The notes under the pieces were generated by a model. The model had not been told where the DNA came from and did no database searches. It saw nothing but the letters and a program-made list of their open reading frames with translations. Both the position numbers and the translations under genes were made by a program. DNA of 59,652 nucleotides, filler included. It is 4 parts of 4 records of this genome, joined end to end, with 100 filler letters (N's around TTAATTAATTAA, not from the genome) between each part and the next. Parts side by side here need not be neighbours in the genome. Positions count along the whole stretch, not along the records: positions 23,589 to 32,319 come from SRR31147125_5280; positions 32,420 to 38,517 come from SRR31147125_5298; positions 38,618 to 59,652 come from SRR31147125_5304; 1 more part is not named here. One strand, 5' to 3'. Shown here piece by piece: positions 31,449 to 42,043 of the stretch; within the stretch, counting starts at the first letter, position 1; each line of letters starts with the position of its first letter.

Positions 31449-32319
31449 ATGGAAAAAAGATTTTTCGTATCCAGTTCCCCACACATAACAGACCGTGAAT
31501 CCGTATCCAAAATTATGTTCACTGTCACTTTAACTCTTGTGCCGGCCGGTATCGCATCGATTTATTTTTTCGGTCTAAGAGCCCTCTGGATTATTTTAAT
31601 TGGGATTGCATCGGCTGTTATCACTGAAGCGGTACTACAAAAAATAATGAAAAAACCGGTCACAATAAGCGATGGTAGCGCTATTTTAACAGGTCTACTT
31701 TTAGCTTATAACGTCTCGGTTCAGGTCCCGCTTTGGATGCCGGCTGTGGGCTCCTTTTTTGCTATTGCGGTAGGTAAAGTTGTATTCGGTGGATTGGGTT
31801 TCAATCCAATGAATCCTGCTTTGCTGGGCAGAGCCTTTCTTTTAGCCTCCTGGCCCACTCATATGGCCGTATTTAGCTCCTCAAAACCGACTGACGGTAC
31901 TGTTTCCGGTATTGATGCTATTACCGAAGCAACTCCTCTGAATGTTTTAAAACAATCACAGGATATTTTGGCAAATGCCTCTGGTTATTCTGTTGAAAAA
32001 GTAACACAAGCGCAGAATGCCATTGATCAATTATACGATTCCATTGGGAATTTATTTATTGGCAGGATCGGTGGATGTATTGGTGAAACGTCTGCTGTTC
32101 TCTTGCTTATTGGCGCAGCTTATTTGATGTACAAACGTTATATTGGCTGGAAGATTCCCTTTACATATGTAGGCACTGTGGCTCTTTTAACGTGGATCTT
32201 TGGTGGAACCGTAGGCTTGTTTAGCGGCAATTTTATTTTTCATGTTTTCTCCGGCGGACTCATTCTGGGTGCTTTTTATATGGCCACGGATATGGTGACA
32301 ACCCCAGTTACGTTTAGAG
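31449..32319 (+). CDS. rnfD: Rnf complex subunit D (3' truncated)
   Basis: SSSPH, DGSAILTG, KVVFGGLG.NPMNPA, ATPL FMN motif, GCIGETS, ATDMVTTP. Confidence 0.96.
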
Positions 32320-32419
32320 NNNNNNNNNNNNNNNNNNNNNNNNNNNNNNNNNNNNNNNNNNNNTTAATTAATTAANNNNNNNNNNNNNNNNNNNNNNNNN
32401 NNNNNNNNNNNNNNNNNNN
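32320..32419. other. Artificial contig linker
   Basis: N44-TTAATTAATTAA-N44. Confidence 0.99.
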
Positions 32420-32886
32420 TTTTTTTTGAAAATCACAAAACACTAAAATTTATTATTTTTTTGTGACGTTATTCTTTGACAACAGGCGATATCCTTTGTA
32501 CGTGATATTTATTAAATAGTTTTTAGAAAAAACAGAATTTAGCATAAAAGGTTAAATTTTTCACAGGATGTTCTCGTATCGAGTTTTCCGAAATTGCCGG
32601 GCAATATTTAAATTTGCAGAACCTTGTGTTCTCAGTACCCTTTGGAAGGTTGGAAGCATCAAATGATTATATTCCATTAGGGATAGTATATTTATATAAT
32701 AGATAAATACATGACTTTTCTTAGTTCCTGAAGGATGAAATATTCAATCCTGGATGCCGGGAAAGTGAGTGTGGATAAATATCCATTATCCTTTTTTATC
32801 CGACATAATGTACGGGTGGTCAGAATGGATATGAATCAGCACGTAAGCAGAGAAAGAAGATTTAATGATTTAAATTCATAATCAAT

Positions 32887-33336
32887 TTAAGGGAGGTGGT
32901 TCACATCATCGAGATCTTTATGCCGGGCGCTCGCTTTTTTATTGGTTTTGAGATTTTCGAGATTGATGATTTTAATTGTGATGCTGTCTATTTCATCCTC
33001 TATTCGTGATTTGTAACAAGATGAGAATGTAACACCAGATATTGTGGTTAACAATTCAATTCTGATAGGCGGATTCCCCATGCGGAATATTTTATTTTTC
33101 TGTAAAAAAAGATCCTCATTTATTTCTTCCTGATCAAATCCGAAATCCTGCAAGCCCCGGACCAGTTTTCTCGCGTTTTTTTTATTGTTGGCTATCCAGA
33201 TATCCATATACGCTGTTGCGCGCGGATAGCCATGGTAGCCAACAGCATAACCGCCAATTAACAAATATTGAACATTATACGAGTTCAGCAACCTCAAAAA
33301 ATCTTTGAAGTCTTGCGGTAACAGCATCTTCGCCAT
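32887..33336 (-). CDS. DUF6036-like nucleotidyltransferase-fold protein
   Basis: YLLIGGYAVGYHGYPRATxxxD, RIELL, L..NKKASARHKDLDD; the first Asp of the usual DxD motif is Tyr. Confidence 0.8.
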   Translation of the reverse strand: MAKMLLPQDFKDFLRLLNSYNVQYLLIGGYAVGYHGYPRATAYMDIWIANNKKNARKLVRGLQDFGFDQEEINEDLFLQKNKIFRMGNPPIRIELLTTISGVTFSSCYKSRIEDEIDSITIKIINLENLKTNKKASARHKDLDDVNHLP

Positions 33337-33472
33337 AATTGATTTTTCTCATCATTTCGATAGCCTGAATTCGTTCCTCAGCAGATTGATTTAACCAATA
33401 GTCCAGGTCATCAGAGTTGTCCTGCAAATCGACTATTGTAAAAATATCTCTGTTTATTTTTTTGTCAATCAT
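33275..33472 (-). CDS. Small protein overlapping the nucleotidyltransferase (possible antitoxin/partner)
   Basis: 65 aa, DYWLNQSAEERIQAIEMMR pattern; 3' end overlaps the downstream gene by ~60 bp. Confidence 0.7.
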   Translation of the reverse strand: MIDKKINRDIFTIVDLQDNSDDLDYWLNQSAEERIQAIEMMRKINYGEDAVTARLQRFFEVAELV

Positions 33473-33680
33473 GATGGGACCGTGAATTGGTGGATGAAAT
33501 TTAATCTAATACAATATATTTTATTAATGGATAGTTTGCAACTGAATTCTGCCATATGATATGATCATTATATGCCAAGCTCAACGGAATATTCTGCTTG
33601 CAATGTTATTTTTCATCCGGCACAACGACCGGGAATCAGGTATAAGGGTAGCCTTTCTTAAAAATGTTTGTTAATGTTAA

Positions 33681-34067
33681 TTAATCAACCTGACAAAGTT
33701 GTATGAGATTACCGCGCGTATCATCAAATACGGTGACAGTAACCGGTCCCATTTTTGTTGGCTTTCCTTTAAATACAATCCCCAGTTTTTTCATTCTTTT
33801 ATAGTCTGCCTGAATATCATCAACAAAAAAGGCTGTTGCAGGTATTTCTTGTTCGAAAAGGGCTTTTTGGTACGTACAGCCAGTCGGATTTTCGTTTGGC
33901 TCAAGAAGGAGTTCGATATCGTCCGGGCCTTCTGGAGAAACAACGGTCAGCCATTTGAATTTTCCGGCGGGCAGGTCGTTTTTTTTAACAAAATCCAGGA
34001 TTTCCGTATAGAACGTGAGCGCTTTTTCCTGGTCGTCTACAAATACACTGGTCAGTTTTATTTTCAT
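33681..34067 (-). CDS. VOC/glyoxalase family protein
   Basis: SVFVDDQEKALTFYTEILDF, WLTVVSP, ELLLEP, F.VDDI, FDDTRGNLIQL. Confidence 0.92.
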   Translation of the reverse strand: MKIKLTSVFVDDQEKALTFYTEILDFVKKNDLPAGKFKWLTVVSPEGPDDIELLLEPNENPTGCTYQKALFEQEIPATAFFVDDIQADYKRMKKLGIVFKGKPTKMGPVTVTVFDDTRGNLIQLCQVD

Positions 34068-34355
34068 TAGTTGTATCGTAACTCAAAGATGGAAAAATAT
34101 AGAAATCATGATTCCATGATTCGGTTTTATATTTTCCAACAATTTTGATTGTTTTTTATTTATGTTTTGCTGAGGATGGCGAATCATATTTGCAATAATA
34201 GCTCTTTGTTTAAAGTAGAGTGAGTCAACATTGTTTTATTTCCGAAAATTATCGAAAAAATTGAGATGACCTTTAAAATAGAAAAGAAATATTATATTTA
34301 ATAAAGTTAATATCGGTAGAATAATAATCGACCCATAAAAATTTATTAAACTTTT

Positions 34356-34700
34356 CTACTGTTTTTGGTTTTCGACAATAGCTGCAGTTATGGCATATAA
34401 TATCGCCAGAAAAATGGTGATATAAAGCCCCAAAGAGATGTTTGCAAAAAGACCGGATAATCCTTCATTGACAATAGGAGTTGGTAAATCATTTGCCACT
34501 GAAACAGACATATAAGCATTGGAGATGTCTGATATATTATTTCCAATCAGAGACATAACCGGGAGAAATATGGAGACTCGACATGCTGTTAGTAATCGCA
34601 CCTTTTTCCTGAGGAAAATTTGTACAACACAAACATTAATTGAAACGATTGTGAAAATAGCTGGTACAATGAGCCAGGTTTCTGGTATGGAATTCCACAT
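34356..34700 (-). CDS. Small hypothetical membrane protein (3 TM)
   Basis: AGGAG RBS; three hydrophobic segments. Confidence 0.55.
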   Translation of the reverse strand: MWNSIPETWLIVPAIFTIVSINVCVVQIFLRKKVRLLTACRVSIFLPVMSLIGNNISDISNAYMSVSVANDLPTPIVNEGLSGLFANISLGLYITIFLAILYAITAAIVENQKQ

Positions 34701-34844
34701 TTTTTAGTTCTCCTGTATTGGTTCATTTCTGGTGAGCAGTTAAAATGAACAAGAGTGAAAGCACAAAGAGCCATATTGATTCTGATATGCCCATTCTGCT
34801 ATTGTAAAAAAATCAGTGATTCTCCATTAATATCTGTAAAAACG

Positions 34845-36250
34845 TTATTCTTTCACAATTCGAATTCTCGCATACCGCATTTCCGGATCCTTATCCTGGC
34901 CAAATACATCAATAACGTCTGACGGTAACGAACCGCCGCGAACAGTGGCGGTAAAAAAGTAGTAAAAGGTCTTTTTAGAGCAACTTTGATGGGTGGGCTG
35001 AATTCAAAATTGTTTTGGATCTCGATCAGGCGATTTTCATTTTTATCTTTAGCATAAACATGATAAAAGACAAACAAACGGTTGTCAGGTGTGACCTGGA
35101 ATCGTCCGCGGCCCGGTTTTAGATCTTCGCCTTCTTTACTTTGCATAATCGGTTTTCGCAGGAGAATTTTGTCATCTTTTAAAACAGCATAATTGAGGGC
35201 ATAGCTTTGTTTTTCATGCGGGAAAAAGTCCTGACGCAATCTCTCATCCAGAGCGCGTTCCGTCCATAATATGTGAATATGCCCATTTGGTGCGCACCAC
35301 AGGTCACATGGCCTAATGTTTCCGCCGGTCTTTTCCCGGCTGGCGATTTCAATCCAGTCATGGAATTTGCCGGTGGTGATATCTGATGACCAGGTATAAA
35401 ACAGACGGCGAAAATCATAATCCCATTTTCTGTTGGTCAGTTTGAATTTATAGTCCTTCCAATCCTTGTTGGGTTCCATAATATCACTCACACCGACAAA
35501 ATGAACCTCACGATTGAAGAGTTGAACAGCCGGATAACAGACACGAATAGGGCAGGGTTCTTCATAATCCGCTCCCCACGGCCACTCTAATTTGCCCTGT
35601 GCTGACCATGTAGCGTTGCTATCATAAAAGGACCATTCGGTGTGTGTATAGCCGATGTTTTGGAAAAGAATTAATTCTCCTGAAGGCCCATCCGCAGCAA
35701 AACTGCGATACGAGTGTTCGGTAAAGGCCGGCTTATTCTGCCAGACGGGTAACAGTGTCTCGTACGTGGCGCCAGGATTTTGGGCGGAAAATTGTAAAAC
35801 CCGGGGTTCTGCCGGACCGGAATAGGTATCCGGCGGCGTCAGGGTGGGATTGGCTGAGAGAAATAGTCTGCCATCGGCAAACAGACCCAAGGGACTGGGT
35901 TCCCGTGTACGGTCCTTTTCGTCTTTTAGAACCATGGACCAGCCGTTACTCTCGCGTTTATATAGCATCCAGCGGGTGTTGTGCAATGGTTTTACATCTT
36001 TTAAAGTCTCGAGGCCGGCCGCAAACACGGTATCACCATACCGGACAATGCTGGTATTGCCGTGGCACCACATGGGCCCGGCACCATTGTTCGCCGGTTC
36101 ATAGTTGTAGACCGTTTCTTCACACTCGACGACTGCTTTAAATTTGGGATTTGTTTGGTTACTACAAGCGATAAAAAGAACGAGTAAAAAAGGGAAAAGA
36201 ACAGGCATTTTCGTTGCATGGAATCGCCTTTCTCGTTTTGGAGGAATCAT
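34845..36250 (-). CDS. Uncharacterised lipoprotein, possibly a beta-propeller; C-terminus restored by one extra T at 34953-34958
   Basis: Lipobox FIAC; aromatic and beta-rich. The alternative frame ends FFTATVRGGSLPSDVIDVFG...MRYARIRIVKE*. Confidence 0.7.
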
Positions 36251-36602
36251 ATAAGATACATATTTTTTAAGCGCACTCGAAGTGGAACTGTAAAAATGCT
36301 AAATAAAAAAGCCAGGATCAGAATTATGAAACCATCCTGATTATTTTTTATTGATGGTGGGATCAAAATCAGCCTAAAGGATGTCATCTCTTAAAACTCG
36401 GGTATTGATGGAAACTCTGCTGCTTATCCTTCCTCTGCCATATTGGGCTCGAATTTTTTATCCAATGTAGAGCATTCCCTGGTAAAAGACTTTTATTGTA
36501 CGTGTTGTCTGGCCATATCGGTGACTAAGATGTTAAGATATTAATGCCACGTAAAGTCTTAATATTGGAATGGACAGAATTTTAAGAATATCATTATTTT
36601 CA

Positions 36603-36944
36603 CTACAACTTGTCTAAAATAGCCTGGAGATCGTTCTTAAATTTTGGCAGGTGTTTTTGAATTATATCCCATACTTCCTCGGCATCAATGCCGAAATAGT
36701 TATGAACAACAATATTACGTAGACCTTTAATTTTAGGCCATTCGATCTGATTAAAATTTTCAAGAAAATCATTTGACAGTCGAGCCACCATCTCCCCGAT
36801 GATAATAAAATTCATCATAGATGCATCAAAATCTCTTTGGTTATTATAGAATGAGTCTGCACTATTATAATTCCGGGAATAATCGGAAATTTTTGAGATG
36901 GCCTCCAAAATAGAAAGAATGTTCAGTCTATCTTTTTCAAACAT
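36603..36944 (-). CDS. hepT: HEPN (DUF86) RNase toxin HepT
   Basis: IIIGE, IEWPKIKGLRNIVVHNYFGID = RX4HXY motif. Confidence 0.92.
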   Translation of the reverse strand: MFEKDRLNILSILEAISKISDYSRNYNSADSFYNNQRDFDASMMNFIIIGEMVARLSNDFLENFNQIEWPKIKGLRNIVVHNYFGIDAEEVWDIIQKHLPKFKNDLQAILDKL

Positions 36945-37236
36945 AGATTACCTCATTGGCAAGATAATCTTTTATGTATGTTTTGACATATTTTTCCCGA
37001 CATAAATCTACATTACGGTTAAAATATGTTTGCAAAAATTCTTTTAGTTTCGTTTTTTTATCATAGATATTTTTTGTGCCTGGTTCAAATTCAAGCATAA
37101 TATCAATATCACTATTTTCAGTTTGCTCGTTTCTTGCAAATGAACCAAAGATTCCTATTTTTGAAATATTATATTCTGTTTTCAAATCGAGAATATGATC
37201 TCTTAGAAAACTCAGGATGTCATTTTGATTAAGCAT
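36937..37236 (-). CDS. mntA: Minimal nucleotidyltransferase antitoxin MntA
   Basis: IGIFGSFARNEQTENSDID = GSX10DXD, VDL; 8-bp overlap with the HEPN gene. Confidence 0.92.
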   Translation of the reverse strand: MLNQNDILSFLRDHILDLKTEYNISKIGIFGSFARNEQTENSDIDIMLEFEPGTKNIYDKKTKLKEFLQTYFNRNVDLCREKYVKTYIKDYLANEVIYV

Positions 37237-37484
37237 TTTTTCCTGCTTTATTTACTTTACTTTTTTTAAAATCGAATATTTTATGGTAAATGTCAAATAT
37301 TTTATGATTTATATTTAGTACACCATAAAGATTTGGTTTGTTCCTGTGTTCACGCATATGATCTATTTCTTACTGATATTTTCACGCAATTTATATAAAT
37401 CTGTTGGCATAACAATCAAAAGAGTTGCGGGCGCTAGACTCTAAAGTTTTCTTTGAACTATAACAATTTTATGACCCAGAACCA

Positions 37485-37525
37485 AACCGAAACACCATCC
37501 TTTAATTTCGGTTGGTGTTTCGGTT
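37485..37525 (-). terminator. 13-bp inverted repeat after the GH92 gene
   Basis: AACCGAAACACCA...TGGTGTTTCGGTT. Confidence 0.6.
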
Positions 37526-37563
37526 GCATAAAAAGTGATTAGAATTCCCCCATTATTCAACTC

Positions 37564-38517
37564 TCATTCTTTATGAAACAGTACGCTTCCCGGGATTTCT
37601 TCTTTTTTAATGCCGACTCCCTTCCAGCTTACCAGGTTTTTAAAACCTCCACTCATTTGAAAGAATTTTTGTTCAATTTTGTACATTCCGGCTCGCAAGG
37701 CAACTGTTTTGGATACCGGGTAGGCTCCATGCGGGCCATCCATATTGATGAATTCTTTTCCATCCAGATAAAGAATCGAACCATCATTTGATTCGTTGTA
37801 AAAGTATAAACACCATCTTGAGGGATTTTAATAAAGCCTTTATAGATGTAGCCATAATTTGAATTAACCTTGCGTTCATCGATACTGAAATGAGATATAA
37901 TCCCTTTTTCTTTTGGCTCGAAATTATTTAACTCATTAACTGAAAGTACCGCTTTTTCAAAATATTCATATTCCAGGCCGGGTTTAAAGTTATCCCCTTT
38001 GTAATTTGTGAAAGAAGCAAAATCCAGTTTTTTCTGTTTTTTAATCAGACCTGATACAATACCACTGCCTAATAATCCTTCTTTAAATGCAGCTAATTTG
38101 AGTTCTGTTGTTTTCGTCAATAAAACAGGATCCGTATAAAGGGATGACTGCTCTGTTGGTTCACTTCCATCGGTTGTATAATAGATTTTGGCATCAGCCG
38201 TTGGACAATGGAGTGTGACTGTCGCTTTATCCATAAAATAGTTTTCTTTTAGACGATAATAAGGCTTTTGCACGGCAGGCACAAATTCCTGGCTGAAGGG
38301 TCTATCACTGTTTAATGTTCCCCAATTATAGTTTGGTTTGTCACCCATTTCAAAGACAAATTCACTTCCATTTATGATTTCTGTGTGGGGAAACCAGGAT
38401 TTTGTATATGGCTTACCATTCAGTGTAGCTGATTGAATATAGATATTTTTTGCTGAAACGTTATGTGCACGGACAATAAACTTTTTTCCGTTTTCAAGAT
38501 TGATGGTTACTTTTTCA
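37564..38517 (-). CDS. 3' part of a GH92 alpha-mannosidase-like protein with chitobiase/FN3-associated and PA14 domains (5' truncated, two frameshifts)
   Basis: ENGKKF.VRA.NVS.KNIYIQSATLNGKP (GH92 C-terminus), IYYTTDGSEPT, GFIKIPQDGVYTF, then SNDGSILYLDG...MDGPHG (PA14) in a shifted frame. Confidence 0.8.
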
Positions 38518-38617
38518 NNNNNNNNNNNNNNNNNNNNNNNNNNNNNNNNNNNNNNNNNNNNTTAATTAATTAANNNNNNNNNNNNNNNNNNNNNNNNNNN
38601 NNNNNNNNNNNNNNNNN
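38518..38617. other. Artificial contig linker
   Basis: N44-TTAATTAATTAA-N44. Confidence 0.99.
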
Positions 38618-39617
38618 TTTTTTCATTGTCGGGCATCCAGTATTTTGAAAATCTAAAAACTCCCCAAAGAAATCCAAAGCCATAACTTGCATGCAGTATA
38701 AAAAAAACTACAGGTAAGATAACATAGTATTTAAATCCTTTTTTTATACTAATTTTCAAAGAAATAGAAAAACAGGCAATTACATATATCAAGATAACTG
38801 ATAAAAAAATCCAAAGAATATGTTTTGAAAAAGCTCCTAATACACCAGTTGTTATTAAGGAACAAACAAAAACAGCGGGCACAAATTGTCTTGGCTGCAT
38901 CGTTTTAAAATGCTTTTGAAGAACACGAATCTTCCAGGTACCATATTGAAAGTATTGTCGCCATAATTTTTTTAAATTAGACCTGGGGTAATAATACGAT
39001 TTTATTTTCGGTGTTATAAAAATTTTACCACCAAATTTCCTCAACCGGTAATTAAACTCATCATCTTGACAGCGAACAAACTCCTCGTCAAAATTTCCAA
39101 TAGTATAAAACACATCTCTACGGTAAGCTCCAAAAGCAAGGCAATCTACAAATCCTTCTTTACCAGAAGTACGGAAACGTGCATTACCGACACCAAATGC
39201 TGATGACATAGCAAGAGCAATCGCTTTGCCTATAAACGTTTCATTAATGCTTTCAATGATACCACCGACACATTCTACTTTAGTTTGTTGTAAATATTTA
39301 ACACATTGACTTAGATGGTTTTTATCGATAACAGCATGCCCATCAACTCTAATGATTACCGATCCTTTAGCGTGTTTTAGACCAATATTTAAAGCATAAG
39401 GTACGGTTTTATTCGGATTGTCAAAAAGTTTTACATTTTTATATTTTGCTGCGAATTCTTTAACGATCTCTCTGGTTGTATCAGCAGACATGCCATCAAC
39501 AATCAAAATTTCATAGTTATTTTTATCATAATCCTGGTTTACGAGTGAAGTTAAACATTTAGCTATATATGTTTCTTCATTTCGGATTGGTGATATTATC
39601 GATAAGAAAAAACTCAT
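38618..39617 (-). CDS. GT2 glycosyltransferase (ExoA-like); stop codon lost at the contig end
   Basis: SIISPIRNEE, VDGMS.D, RVDGH, QDDEFNYRL, RQYFQYG.WK, C-terminal TM segments. Confidence 0.92.
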
Positions 39618-39628
39618 AAATGGAATCC

Positions 39629-40636
39629 TTAAATTGTACCAACCAAACGACTCAATCCTGTGACAATCGTTCCTAATTCTTCGATACTCATGCTGGTTCC
39701 AAAGCGGTTCAATTGAAAATTATCTCGATTAAAAATATCAACATAACCAACATTCGTGCTTACTCCACCCAGGTATCCCAAATTTTTTAATAATTCTATT
39801 GTCTCTTGATTATAATCAGTAATTTCTCCATTTGGATAAGCAAACAAATCGCAAATTTCATCAAGTTCTTCGGCAATTCTATCTTGAGAAAGGAGTAATT
39901 CCTCTTTTTGTTTTTCATAAGTGCATTTAGAGAGTATTGGATGAGTCACTGTATGTGAGCCAATACTGATCAGACCGCTTTTTTTCATTTCTCTTATTTC
40001 ATCCCAGGATAAAGGCAAGTAAACGGACGGAATTTTGTCCCAATCATATTCGACATTGAGGAACTCATGCAATTTGTCGAGCAAGCCAAGTCTTTTTGTC
40101 TCAGATAATGCTTTCAGGTCATTTTTAATGGAACTCATTGTTTTTCTTTTCTGCTCATAAGTGTTTAATTCTAATGTCAGCTTTTTATCTTCCCATACAA
40201 TGTCGATATTTTTAGAATAAGCATTGTCGATAATAAATTCTAATCGATCGGTCCACATATAATGAGTTTGATCAATAAAGCCTGTTGTCACAAAAATTGT
40301 TGCCGGAACATTATATTTTTTTAATAATGGAAATGCATTTGTATAATTATTTTTATATCCATCATCAAATGTTAGCACTATCGGATTTGGCGGAAGTTTG
40401 TTGTTAATTATTGCTGCTTCCATGCTAATTGGTGTACAATACTTTGTAAATAGTTTTAGATGATTTTCAAACTCCTTAATATTCAAATGCTTTCCTGCAC
40501 AATTTATCAGCGCAATATTGTCTTGCGGACGGGAAAAGCCATGATACATTACAATAGTCAGTATATTCGTATTAATCCGACTACAAAGTCTGAACAATCC
40601 TGAGTGATAGGCAATTATTTTTAATGCTTGTTTCAT
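39629..40636 (-). CDS. CE4 polysaccharide deacetylase (in frame with the upstream polymerase in this assembly)
   Basis: IVMYHG, LTFDDGY, GSHTVTHP, FAYPNG; own ATG at 40636. Confidence 0.85.
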   Translation of the reverse strand: MKQALKIIAYHSGLFRLCSRINTNILTIVMYHGFSRPQDNIALINCAGKHLNIKEFENHLKLFTKYCTPISMEAAIINNKLPPNPIVLTFDDGYKNNYTNAFPLLKKYNVPATIFVTTGFIDQTHYMWTDRLEFIIDNAYSKNIDIVWEDKKLTLELNTYEQKRKTMSSIKNDLKALSETKRLGLLDKLHEFLNVEYDWDKIPSVYLPLSWDEIREMKKSGLISIGSHTVTHPILSKCTYEKQKEELLLSQDRIAEELDEICDLFAYPNGEITDYNQETIELLKNLGYLGGVSTNVGYVDIFNRDNFQLNRFGTSMSIEELGTIVTGLSRLVGTI

Positions 40637-41974
40637 CCATATAATCCTAACCCAATAAAGATGCACTTTTTTCTGCTCAATATTTATCAAACTCCGCATA
40701 ACTAAAGCAGCAAGTACATACATATAACCCACAACACTAAAATAATTCCAGTAACTTCCGGCAATATTGCCAGCCATACAAGCCAATACACATGCGATCA
40801 GGCCCAATCCTAATCCTTTCTGAAAATGATTACCTTCCGTCCGATACATTCGCCAACCTATTCTGATCATTAAAAAGAAAATCAATAAATAAATTCCCAG
40901 TCCTACCAAACCTGTTTCTACGGCTTGTTGAACATAACCGCTGTGAAAACTATGCCATATCTGGTTATTATGGCCTTCGAGTGTGATATTAATAGAATGT
41001 GCAGCTTCGATACCAGCTCCTAAAATAGGACTGGAAATAATAATTTCTTTGCCTATTTCCCACATAGCAAACCTTTGTAAAGAAGTCCCATCCAATCCAT
41101 CTTCGGTTCTTGTCATTTCAATTCTTTCTTTTACTGCATTTGGTAATAATGCCTGCCAAAAGAAAACGAGTACAACAAGTGCCAAAAGTATCTTTGTGTT
41201 TTTTAAAAATCCTACAGTGATCAAACCCACTATTGATGCGAGATAACCACTTCTCGAAAATAAAAACGCAATACAATAATAACTTGCCCAAATTGGTATA
41301 ACTAAAAAGCACTTTATCCAAAAGTTACGAACATAAGATAATAATGCAACCAGAACAATTGTATACATAGCAAAAAAGACAGCAAGTTCATTTCCACCTA
41401 ATGCTCCCATTCCACCAAATTTTTGAATATCATTGTAATGAGACAGATCCTTATACATCGCAATATTGTAAAAATTTCGATCTAGTAATAAAATTGCCAT
41501 AATCATCAGCAAAACTATCACCTTCATATGGGCAGGATTTTTAATATTATTCACAATAATAAAATAAATTAGAGGAATACGAATAAGAAAAATCCAATAT
41601 GAAAACCGAAGTCCTTTAGGATCAAGTGGTGCCGGATCTCCGAAATACGTTGCTCCCCACCAAACTTCTATATATGTCCATAATATAAAGAGCAGTAAAG
41701 ATAAATTTAAAGGGGTTTTAATAAAAAGACTTTCCTTATCTTTACGCTTATTAATTACCCATTTAAGAACCATAGCAACTAACAAAAGATCATTCAATTC
41801 TTTGCCAAGGGGTAGATCATGAAGATGATGCAAAATATTTGGATGTGGTATAAACGGTATTATAAAGAATATTCCAACTTCTATTCTATAAAATATGGTT
41901 AATACCAATGCAAGAACGCATGAAATATAAAGTGGTAAAATAAGTAATTTAGAAAGTCCCCAACCAAGTTCCAT
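40637..41974 (-). CDS. O-antigen ligase/Wzy polymerase family protein
   Basis: ~12 TM segments, NELA, FSRSGY, R..MW, PILGAG, HSGYVQ..VETGLVG. Confidence 0.85.
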
Positions 41975-42043
41975 TCTTTACTTTCTCCATTCATAGAAAT
42001 AATAAATAAAAAATCAATTACCTATTTCTAAATCAGCACAAAC

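Noticed and set aside
33699..34070. 123-aa plus-strand ORF antiparallel to the VOC gene, and other antisense or nested ORFs in the track (e.g. 8321-8746, 18705-19133, 35755-36141, 42663-43184)
   Set aside because: Shadows of well-supported genes, with no RBS or recognisable motifs
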